Source: a virus (Duplodnaviria; Caudoviricetes). From it: 34,564 nucleotides of DNA. Positions 1 through 6,710 of this stretch are shown piece by piece. Position 1 is the stretch's first letter; every line of letters begins with the position of its first letter. The DNA is taken from positions 1 through 34,564 of IMG/VR virus record IMGVR_UViG_3300037722_000464, one strand, 5' to 3'. A program made the translations under genes and the position numbers. The notes beneath the pieces are model-generated. The model did no database searches, had not been told where the DNA came from, and saw only the letters and a program-made list of their open reading frames with translations.

Positions 1-118
1 TGCCGTTTCACAACAAGAAATTGCAACAAAATACATGGCAATAAAGGCAGAGTTGAGAGAATACACCCGGCGCGCATCACTATCTGAACTTGACGAGATG
101 TTGAATAATCTTGTTTAG
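1..118 (+). CDS. 3' part of a small cassette-borne ORF (AVSQQEIATKYMAIKAELREYTRRASLSELDEMLNNLV*)
   Basis: Frame is open from 2 to TAG at 116-118, 1 nt before the attC-like R box GCCTAAC (120-126). It is in frame with the ATG at 34560 if the window ends are joined. Confidence 0.55.
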   Translation, partial: AVSQQEIATKYMAIKAELREYTRRASLSELDEMLNNLV

Positions 119-119
119 C

Positions 120-224
120 GCCTAACGATCTTAGATCAGCGCACGGCGACGAGCCATGCGAGGATCGGCGAATTGAACGAGGAGCACAGCCGCCAATTCC
201 GTTCGCTGAATTGGATGGTTAGGG
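120..224 (-). other. attC-like recombination site A
   Basis: GCCTAAC (120-126) to GTTAGGG (218-224). Inner arms TCAGCG 136-141/CGCTGA 204-209 and ACGG 143-146/CCGT 199-202. 5-nt spacer GGATG before GTT. Intergenic; the most degenerate of the three sites. Confidence 0.72.
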
Positions 225-438
225 TGCGGGAGGTACGTATGGCAGAGTCTAGCTGGAAACCTTTCCCTGAAAGTTGCCCCGAGTGTGGGGAGGATTCGGA
301 GATATTCACAACCTCAGGCGGATATGGGTATGACGCCGACCCGGTAAGGTGCGCCGATCCTTCTTGCGGGGCAAGGGGGTACTGGTCGGGGGATTCAGAA
401 TCCGAGTTTTATGTTAATTGGGACGTTTAACACCCTAA
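126..438. mobile_element. Putative gene cassette 2 (site A body plus Zn-ribbon ORF)
   Basis: GTTAGGGTG (218-226) is the exact reverse complement of CACCCTAAC (431-439), as expected if the unit circularises at AA/C. Confidence 0.75.
239..430 (+). CDS. Small Cys-rich Zn-ribbon protein (63 aa), cassette-borne
   Basis: GGAGG at 229-233 then ATG 239. CPEC...CADPSC motifs. Stop immediately before site B. Confidence 0.7.
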   Translation: MAESSWKPFPESCPECGEDSEIFTTSGGYGYDADPVRCADPSCGARGYWSGDSESEFYVNWDV

Positions 439-517
439 CGGTTGAAGTAACCGGCGGCGTCGTGCTGCAACTACGAAGCACTCGTGTGGACCCGTCCGGT
501 TCACTGATGGGTTCGTT
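433..517 (-). other. attC-like recombination site B
   Basis: CCCTAAC (433-439), 6 nt, AGTAACC (446-452) ... GGTTCACT (498-505), 5 nt, GTTCGTT (511-517). The hairpin leaves C502 and T495 unpaired on the + strand, the canonical attC geometry when read on the minus strand. Confidence 0.82.
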
Positions 518-553
518 TTTGCCATACCCGCAAGACCCCGCTTTTGCAAACTG

Positions 554-1468
554 ATGGAGGATCAATTGAATGAGCTGGCACTTTTCGCAGGCGCTGGAGG
601 CGGAATACTTGGAGGCAAACTGCTTGGATGGAGAACCGTTTGCGCCGTGGAAGTCAACACCTTTTGCGCCCGACGACTCATGCAGCGCCAAAATGAAGGA
701 CACCTGCCACCGTTCCCCATTTGGGACGATGTTCGTACCTTCGATGGACACCCCTGGCAAGGAGTTGTTGACGTTGTTTCTGGTGGCTTTCCCTGCCAGG
801 ACATCAGCGCCGCCGGGACGGGAAACGGGATTGACGGGGAACGGTCTGGATTGTGGCTGGAAATGGCGCGAATCATCGGTGAGGTACGACCTCGCTTTGC
901 GTTTGTGGAAAACTCGCCAATGCTCACTTCTCGGGGACTCGGAACCGTACTCGGAGACCTGGCCTCGATGGGGTACGATGCGGAATGGGGAGTGTTGGGA
1001 GCGGCAGATGTGGGCGCGAATCACCAGAGAGACAGGATTTGGATTGTGGCCTACCGTGACTGTTTGCGGAAACTACAATCGAAAAGGTTTGAGCAAGAAC
1101 AGCGGGGACGGATTGGCGACGGCGGTGGCATATTGGCCGACTCCAACGAAATCGGACGGCGGCGGCGGGCCGGGATGTTCGGGCAGGGAGGGCGGATTGA
1201 ACCTAAGAACGGCTGTAACGAAATGGCCGACGCCGACTGTCAACGACTCAAAAAACAGCACCTTGCCACCATCTCAAGTGAAACACGACAACATCTCTGG
1301 GGCGCTGCTGCGTATGGGCGAGAAAACTGGTGGGCAACTGAACCCGGAGTGGGTCGAGTGGCTCATGGGGTGGCCTCTCGGGTGGACCGACTGCAAGCCC
1401 TTGGAAACGGACAGGTGCCACAGTGCCATGCCGAGGCTTGGCAACGCCTGATTTTGCGGGGTAGTTAA
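554..1468 (+). CDS. DNA (cytosine-5) methyltransferase, alpha polypeptide (probable start TTG 566)
   Basis: Motif I LFAGAGG, IV SGGFPCQD, VI ENS, VIII HQRDRIWIV, X RLQALGNGQVP. No motif IX in this frame. SD GGAGG at 556-560. Confidence 0.92.
   Translation: MEDQLNELALFAGAGGGILGGKLLGWRTVCAVEVNTFCARRLMQRQNEGHLPPFPIWDDVRTFDGHPWQGVVDVVSGGFPCQDISAAGTGNGIDGERSGLWLEMARIIGEVRPRFAFVENSPMLTSRGLGTVLGDLASMGYDAEWGVLGAADVGANHQRDRIWIVAYRDCLRKLQSKRFEQEQRGRIGDGGGILADSNEIGRRRRAGMFGQGGRIEPKNGCNEMADADCQRLKKQHLATISSETRQHLWGAAAYGRENWWATEPGVGRVAHGVASRVDRLQALGNGQVPQCHAEAWQRLILRGS
570..1451 (+). CDS. Overlapping alternative-frame ORF, probable methyltransferase beta polypeptide
   Basis: 293 codons open inside the MTase gene, with three WPT(P/V) repeats and the motif IX-like GQLNPEWVEWLMGWPLGWT. 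Confidence 0.7.
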   Translation: MSWHFSQALEAEYLEANCLDGEPFAPWKSTPFAPDDSCSAKMKDTCHRSPFGTMFVPSMDTPGKELLTLFLVAFPARTSAPPGRETGLTGNGLDCGWKWRESSVRYDLALRLWKTRQCSLLGDSEPYSETWPRWGTMRNGECWERQMWARITRETGFGLWPTVTVCGNYNRKGLSKNSGDGLATAVAYWPTPTKSDGGGGPGCSGREGGLNLRTAVTKWPTPTVNDSKNSTLPPSQVKHDNISGALLRMGEKTGGQLNPEWVEWLMGWPLGWTDCKPLETDRCHSAMPRLGNA

Positions 1469-1480
1469 GCGGGCGGCAAA

Positions 1481-1502
1481 AACGAACCTTTGATTAGACG
1501 GA
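1481..1502 (-). other. attI-like simple site heading the cassette array
   Basis: Minus strand reads TCC-GTCTAAT-CAAAG-GTTCGTT (L box, 5 nt, R box) with no partner hairpin arm. Resembles, from memory, the attI1 CCCTAAA-ACAAA-GTT and attI2 CTAAT-AAAAT-GTT cores. Confidence 0.6.
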
Positions 1503-1517
1503 CCGTGCAAGGTTGCC

Positions 1518-1832
1518 ATGTACCGTAAACGCACCAAGGGAAGTCGAAAATTCAACGAACGCATGGCCGCCGCCCGTGCAGCAAAGGAGCGTCTCCGCCT
1601 CGAAGGAGACGCTCCTGATTACCCCGCTGAACCTCTCCTGATCCGCCGGCGGGTGATCATCGAGGATTACGACGGCGGCCAGGTGGTGCGGCACGAGTTT
1701 ACGCTGGCCCGATCCGGGCGGATTGACAGCTACGATGTTTCGGCCGATGGGGTGTCCCTCGGTCGCATGGGGTGGGCGCGGGCTCTTGTTTTTGTCCGCA
1801 AGGCGTTTATCCGCACCGGTCGATTCGATTGA
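1518..1832 (+). CDS. Hypothetical basic protein
   Basis: 104 aa ORF, co-oriented between the attI-like site and the activator. Confidence 0.65.
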   Translation: MYRKRTKGSRKFNERMAAARAAKERLRLEGDAPDYPAEPLLIRRRVIIEDYDGGQVVRHEFTLARSGRIDSYDVSADGVSLGRMGWARALVFVRKAFIRTGRFD

Positions 1833-1864
1833 ACCTTTTATGCAAACTTGTCAGGGAGGAACAG

Positions 1865-2122
1865 ATGGAAAACGCCGAGATTCTGAGGGAGTTTTATGGT
1901 CGTCTGCACCGGGAGTTCGATCACCTGGCCCCGGTGATCATCGCGGTGATCGTGGAGGAGTTGGGCGGGCAACGGTTGACGTTTCCCGACCGGCGCACCA
2001 TGGACCGCATGGAGCGGGACCGCAGGATACGCACCCGTTTCAACGGCTGCAACGGTCAGGAGCTGGCTCTGGCGTTTGATCTTTCTCCCCGGCAGATCCG
2101 CACCATCGTCTCCGATAAATAA
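1865..2122 (+). CDS. Mor/C-family transcription activator (probable late-gene activator)
   Basis: GGAGG then ATG 1865. LGGQRLTFP...RDRRIRTRFNGCNGQELALAFDLSPRQIRTIV matches the Mu Mor/C pattern. Lies directly before the structural operon. Confidence 0.85.
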   Translation: MENAEILREFYGRLHREFDHLAPVIIAVIVEELGGQRLTFPDRRTMDRMERDRRIRTRFNGCNGQELALAFDLSPRQIRTIVSDK

Positions 2123-2245
2123 TTAGTGAAGGCTATTGGCAGAAGGCTTCCCCCGGTTATGATAAAAGGTTGTCCGTATGCAACTCCCTCCTGTCCCGGC
2201 TGCCCGGGCCCGGCTACCCGGGCAGCCAATTTTTAAGGAGGGGCA
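2123..2245 (+). promoter_or_regulatory. Probable activator-dependent late promoter and leader hairpin
   Basis: -10-like TATGAT 2158-2163 with no good -35. GAAGGCT repeated at 2128 and 2142. Hairpin GGCTGCCCGGG 2198-2208/CCCGGGCAGCC 2217-2227 with outer CCCTCCT/AGGAGGG. Confidence 0.5.
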
Positions 2246-2270
2246 GGATCAATCTACCCAGGGGTGACAC

Positions 2271-3953
2271 ATGACCGGTGCCGATATCGTCCGATTTCAT
2301 GAATCCCTGAAAGCCTCCCGCCTCCCCCTCGAACATCACGTTCGCCAGTGTTACCAATATTCCCACCCCATCCGTGGCGTTGAATTCGGCGCCGGTAACG
2401 ACATCACCCCTGAAGTAGCCCAACAGCAGGCCGCGCAGATGCAGGCCGGTCTCAATGACAGTACCGTAACCGATTCGGCCAATATTCTGGCCAGCACTCT
2501 GGTCTCCGGCATGACCCCGGCCAATTCCCTGTGGTTCGGGTTCGGTGCCGGAGACGATGCCAGCGGCGAGGTCAAGGCCTGGCTCGATGGCGAGGCAACG
2601 GAGATCCACAAGGGCATTCATTCGAGCAACTACGATTCCGCCGGGTTCGAAGCCATGCTCGACGTGGTGGACGCCGGATGGTGCGCCCTCTACATCGAGG
2701 AGGGCGAAGAAACGGACTACATGTTCGAGACCTGGCCCCTGGCCTCGTGCTGGTTTGCGACGACCAAAAAAGGCGGTCTGGTTGATACGGTCATTCGCCA
2801 GTTCACGCTGACGGCACAGCAGGCGGTGCGCGAGTACGGCAGTCGCTGTCCGGAGAAGATTGTCGAGGCCGTGGCAAAAAATCCCTATCAGCGTTTTCCC
2901 TTTTTGCAATACATCGCGCCGAAGTCCCTGGAGAAGGGGAAGCCGAAGGCGACAAAGGATGCCCTGCTGCCGTTCGATTCTTTCCATGTCTGCACCACCA
3001 CCAAGCGGATCGTGCGCAGCGGCGGTTACGCCGAGTTTCCGGTGGCCGTTCCGCGTTGGCTGAAGCTGCCGAACAGCGTCTATGCTCAGGGCCCGGTGTC
3101 TTTTGTGCTGCCGGACGCCAAGACCCTGAACGAGGTGGAGCGGTTGAGTCTGGCCAACGGAGACATGCAGATTTCGGGGATGTGGGGCGCGGTCGATGAT
3201 GGCGTACTGAATCCGAAGACGGTCCGGATCGGCCCGAAAAAGATCATCATGATGAAATCGAAGGATTCATTTTTCCCGATCAATCCCCCGGGAAAGATGG
3301 AATTCGGCTCGATCAAGGGGGAGGAAAAACGCTCCACCATCCGCCGCATGATGATGGCCGATCAGCTCGGGCCTCTCAACGAGCAGGGCCCGGCCCGCAC
3401 GGCGACCGAATGGCACTACCGCGTCAATCTGCTGCGCCAACTCCTCGGGCCGATGTTCGGCCGGATGCAGAGCGAGTTTTTACAGACCGTGGTCTTTCGC
3501 TGTTTTTACATCAAGCTGCGCAAGGACATCAAAAACAAGAAGTTTCCGCCCGAGCCTCTGCGTCAGCAGCCCCTGCGGCTGCGCTACATCTCGCCGTTGG
3601 CCCGGGCGCAGCAGATGGAAGACGTGGCGGCGATGGATCGTTTCGAAATGGGGCTGCTGGATAAATCGAAAGTTCGCGCCGAGACAATGGATGTTTACGA
3701 CTGGGACGCCGCCGAACGCAAGCGCGGCGAGCTGCTGGGTGTGCCGCAGTCGCTGATTCTCACCCCCGAAAAGATCAAGGAACTCCGCAAGGTGCGCGAG
3801 GATCAGGCCGCCAAAGCTGCCCAGGGCGCTCAGGCCGCCGCCACTCCCGGAGCCGGGGCGATGATGCCCGCCGGAATGCCGGGACCCGGACAGCCGGGCG
3901 GCAAGCGCGTTGCCGCTCCCTCTCCTTCCGAGTTGGGAGGCCTGAATGTCTGA
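2271..3953 (+). CDS. Portal (head-tail connector) protein
   Basis: 560 aa with T7 gp8/BPP-1-type motifs: DSTVTDSANILASTLVSGMTP..WF, FPVAVPRW..YAQGP, RTATEW, LLGPMFGRMQSEFL, YISPLARAQ. Confidence 0.93.
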   Translation: MTGADIVRFHESLKASRLPLEHHVRQCYQYSHPIRGVEFGAGNDITPEVAQQQAAQMQAGLNDSTVTDSANILASTLVSGMTPANSLWFGFGAGDDASGEVKAWLDGEATEIHKGIHSSNYDSAGFEAMLDVVDAGWCALYIEEGEETDYMFETWPLASCWFATTKKGGLVDTVIRQFTLTAQQAVREYGSRCPEKIVEAVAKNPYQRFPFLQYIAPKSLEKGKPKATKDALLPFDSFHVCTTTKRIVRSGGYAEFPVAVPRWLKLPNSVYAQGPVSFVLPDAKTLNEVERLSLANGDMQISGMWGAVDDGVLNPKTVRIGPKKIIMMKSKDSFFPINPPGKMEFGSIKGEEKRSTIRRMMMADQLGPLNEQGPARTATEWHYRVNLLRQLLGPMFGRMQSEFLQTVVFRCFYIKLRKDIKNKKFPPEPLRQQPLRLRYISPLARAQQMEDVAAMDRFEMGLLDKSKVRAETMDVYDWDAAERKRGELLGVPQSLILTPEKIKELRKVREDQAAKAAQGAQAAATPGAGAMMPAGMPGPGQPGGKRVAAPSPSELGGLNV

Positions 3954-4143
3954 GCATCACGCCGTCCCACAGTCCGCCTGGTGCCGCATTTTTCAGGATG
4001 ACCCGGACGGTCGGGCGATCCTCGAAGAGCTGGCGATGGAAAACCTTTACCTGTCGACTTTTGACCCCGATCCGCTGCAGATGGCCCGCAAGGCCGCCCG
4101 CGCGGAATTGATTCTGGAGATCATGGCCAAGGTCGGCCAATAG
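3946..4143 (+). CDS. Small Bbp19-like protein downstream of portal
   Basis: IF..PDGRAILEEL...DP..MA pattern and position. GGAGG SD; overlaps the portal stop. Confidence 0.7.
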   Translation: MSEHHAVPQSAWCRIFQDDPDGRAILEELAMENLYLSTFDPDPLQMARKAARAELILEIMAKVGQ

Positions 4144-4157
4144 CAAGGAGGAAGAGT

Positions 4158-4643
4158 ATGACACGCACGCGCTCGATCATGCGGTTTGTCGAAGGCAAGG
4201 GTCACGTCATTGAAGAAGTGCCCGTGGATGATCCCCAAACGCCCGGCACCAAACAGGTGGCAGGCCTTCCCGGGCCGCCGCCCCGCTCCGTGATCCTGGC
4301 TCTCGGGTCGGTCTCTATCGAGGAACTGGCCAAAGAAGCCGGCACCCGCGGGCTGATGCTGGTGGATACGACCGATTATCAGGCGATGCTCGACCGGCTC
4401 TCCGAGCTGGAACAGAACCGCGACGCCCGCGCCGTCGACTCGGCTGTTGCTCCGGCCCCGAAAAAGGGCGGCAAGAAACTGGTGGCCAAGGATGCCGCCA
4501 CCTTCGCGGCCCTGATCGAGGAGAGCGCCACCCTTGAAGAGCTCACCGACCTGATGCAGGAAGAAACGGATCCGGCCCTGCTGGCTCTGGCCGAAGCCCG
4601 CGCTGGTGCGATCGTTGCCGGGGAGAAGGGCGGGGCCGCGTGA
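4158..4643 (+). CDS. Hypothetical head-module protein
   Basis: AAGGAGG SD; GTGA coupling to the next gene. Confidence 0.7.
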   Translation: MTRTRSIMRFVEGKGHVIEEVPVDDPQTPGTKQVAGLPGPPPRSVILALGSVSIEELAKEAGTRGLMLVDTTDYQAMLDRLSELEQNRDARAVDSAVAPAPKKGGKKLVAKDAATFAALIEESATLEELTDLMQEETDPALLALAEARAGAIVAGEKGGAA

Positions 4644-5509
4644 AGCGTATCCTTTGCAACCCGTTTCCCCTCCACGTCGACCTGCTCCCCCGCGAGGGAG
4701 AAGCCGCTGCCGCAGCCGGTGCCGCCGCCGGTGAAGGTGATCAGGCCGCCGCTGCTGCTGCCGCCGAGAAGGCCCCCGGGGTCGCGGGCGGTCTGCTGAC
4801 CGGCAAAACCGCCGAAGGCAAACCGGCCGAAGTCAAGGGCGACGAATTCACCATTCCCGAGAAGTTTCTCGTGAACGGTGAAGACGGCAAACCCAACTGG
4901 GAAGCCATTGCCCGTAAGGCGATTCCCAGCTATGGCAACTTGGAAAAGCGCTTCGGCTCGGGGGACGCTCCTCCCGAGACGCCCGACAAGTACAAGATCG
5001 AGAATTATCTTCCCGAAGGGTACGAGCGCAACCCCGAGGGCGAGAAAAAGGTTTTGGCCTCCCTCCATTCGGTCGGGCTGAACAACAAACAGGCGCAAGG
5101 GGTGCTGGCGCTGTACGGCAGTCTCCTCGGCGAAGGGCTGGCCGCTGAAAAGGCCAGCATGGAAAAAGCCTCCGCAGAGCTCAAGACCGAATGGGGCGCC
5201 GACTATGACAAGCGGATGAGCCGCAGCAACTTTGCCCTGTCTCAGGCGCCCGAGACGCTGACCAAGGCCATCACCACCAAGCCGCACCTGATGAACGATC
5301 CCGACGTGATCCGGCTTCTCGATTTCGTCGGAGAGCAGTTCGAAGACGACAAGAGCGCCAACGAAATGGGCGCCGGAGAGATCGAGGATGTGGACCAGCT
5401 GCGCCGCAGCCCCGCCTACATGGATGAGAAACACGCCGACCACGGCCGCGTGGTGGCCAAGGTGAACGCGGCCTATGCCCGCGGCTACAAGGACAAGACC
5501 GGGGGTTAA
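4640..5509 (+). CDS. Capsid scaffolding/assembly protein
   Basis: Ala-rich N-terminus, IPEKF, YGNLEKRFG..PETPDKY, LKTEWGADYD, C-terminal AY.D.KHADH..VV. Immediately upstream of the capsid gene. Confidence 0.85.
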   Translation: MKRILCNPFPLHVDLLPREGEAAAAAGAAAGEGDQAAAAAAAEKAPGVAGGLLTGKTAEGKPAEVKGDEFTIPEKFLVNGEDGKPNWEAIARKAIPSYGNLEKRFGSGDAPPETPDKYKIENYLPEGYERNPEGEKKVLASLHSVGLNNKQAQGVLALYGSLLGEGLAAEKASMEKASAELKTEWGADYDKRMSRSNFALSQAPETLTKAITTKPHLMNDPDVIRLLDFVGEQFEDDKSANEMGAGEIEDVDQLRRSPAYMDEKHADHGRVVAKVNAAYARGYKDKTGG

Positions 5510-5716
5510 TACCCCCTAGGGACCTGCGGCCGAAACCCGTGCGATACGAGGGGCGAACCTCTACGCCCCGGCAGCAAAGAAAAGGTGACAGCCGGAGAGA
5601 CGGCCGCAGCGGACAAGGCGAGAGCCCCCGCACCCCAACAGTACAGCAGGCCCGCCGGGCGGCGGACAACCTGGGATGTCAGACCTTCGACCCCCCATTG
5701 TAAAGGAGACGCCGCC
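5510..5716 (+). ncRNA. Candidate structured cis-regulatory RNA in the capsid 5' leader
   Basis: CTGCGGCCG 5524-5532/CGGCCGCAG 5601-5609 enclosing a GGGGCG/CGCCCC stem, then two hairpins with the same ACAA/C internal loop (5609-5631, 5647-5673). Confidence 0.5.
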
Positions 5717-6649
5717 ATGAAAATTCTTCTGGCCACCCTGTTCCCGCTTCACCTCGACCTCCTCCCCCGCGACGACAGCACCATCCCCAACCACTACGTC
5801 ATCAAGTACGACGACGACGTGCGCCTGGTCGCCCAGCAGAAAAAGTCCCGCCTCGAAGAGACGGTGACCCCGCATCCCGGGATCGTCGGCGCCAGCAAGG
5901 CCATCGACCGCTACGGCGACACCGAAGCCGAGGAGGTCATTGACCGCCACGGCGACACCAACACCTCCGAAGGGGCGCACCTGCGGCGCTACATCGACCT
6001 GCGCGATTACGACAAGGCGACCCTCCTCGACCAGGCCGACACCATCAAGATCCTCGACAATCCGAACAACCGGTATGTCCAGGGATCGGTGGCGGCCATG
6101 AACCGCAAGAAGGATAAGGTCATCATCGCCGCCCTGAACGGCTCGGCCCGCAACGTCGACAACACCCTGGTGGAGCTCCCCGCCGGTCAGATCATCCTCG
6201 ACGGCGGCACCAACATCTCCATGGCCAAGATCCGCGGCGCCATCGAGATTCTGAACGCCAACGAGGCCGACGCTCCCGAAGAAGAGGGCGCCCTGCGCAC
6301 CTTTGTCTATACGGCAAAGCAGCTCACCATTCTCATGGCCGATGCGACCCTGACTTCCGCCGACTACAACACCCTCAAGGCGCTGCAGGACTACACCATG
6401 AGCAACCGCATGTTCATGGGGCTGCTCTGGAAGCGCGTCGAGTTTCTGCCCAAGGTCGGAGACATCCGCTCCTGCTTCATCTACGGCAAGAGCTACATGG
6501 GCCTCGGCACCGGTCGCGACATCCAGAACAAAGTCGCCGAGCGTCCCGACAAGCGGCATGCCATCCAGACCTACACCCAGATGTCCATCGGTGCCGTGCG
6601 CATCGAGGACGAAGGCGTGGTCGAGATCAAGGTGGACGAAACCGCCTAA
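5717..6649 (+). CDS. Major capsid protein
   Basis: AAGGAG SD then ATG 5717 (the ORF-track start at 5585 lies in the RNA leader). V..Y...V.L.AQQKKSRL, AAMNRKKDKVII, GAVRIEDEGVVEI. Followed by a hairpin. Confidence 0.9.
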   Translation: MKILLATLFPLHLDLLPRDDSTIPNHYVIKYDDDVRLVAQQKKSRLEETVTPHPGIVGASKAIDRYGDTEAEEVIDRHGDTNTSEGAHLRRYIDLRDYDKATLLDQADTIKILDNPNNRYVQGSVAAMNRKKDKVIIAALNGSARNVDNTLVELPAGQIILDGGTNISMAKIRGAIEILNANEADAPEEEGALRTFVYTAKQLTILMADATLTSADYNTLKALQDYTMSNRMFMGLLWKRVEFLPKVGDIRSCFIYGKSYMGLGTGRDIQNKVAERPDKRHAIQTYTQMSIGAVRIEDEGVVEIKVDETA

Positions 6650-6663
6650 TCCCGACAGCAAAC

Positions 6664-6686
6664 GCCCCCGGACGACCGGGGGCTTT
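6664..6686 (+). terminator. Hairpin or weak intrinsic terminator after capsid gene
   Basis: GCCCCCGG-ACGA-CCGGGGGC-TTT. Confidence 0.6.
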
Positions 6687-6710
6687 CCCCTCCAACGTAA
6701 GGAGCCGACC

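Larger units (their letters stand above)
439..1486. mobile_element. Putative gene cassette 1 (site B body plus C5 methyltransferase)
   Basis: GTTCGTTTTTGCC (511-523) is the exact reverse complement of GGCAAAAACGAAC (1475-1487). Confidence 0.8.

Noticed and set aside
120-517. attC-like hairpins as intrinsic terminators or a CRISPR array
   Set aside because: No compact stem plus U tract, and no identical repeats with spacers. Box spacing and cross-gene complementarity fit attC.
1464-1470. GTTAAGC at the MTase stop as an R' box
   Set aside because: No upstream complementary arm; the real cassette boundary is explained by 1475-1487.
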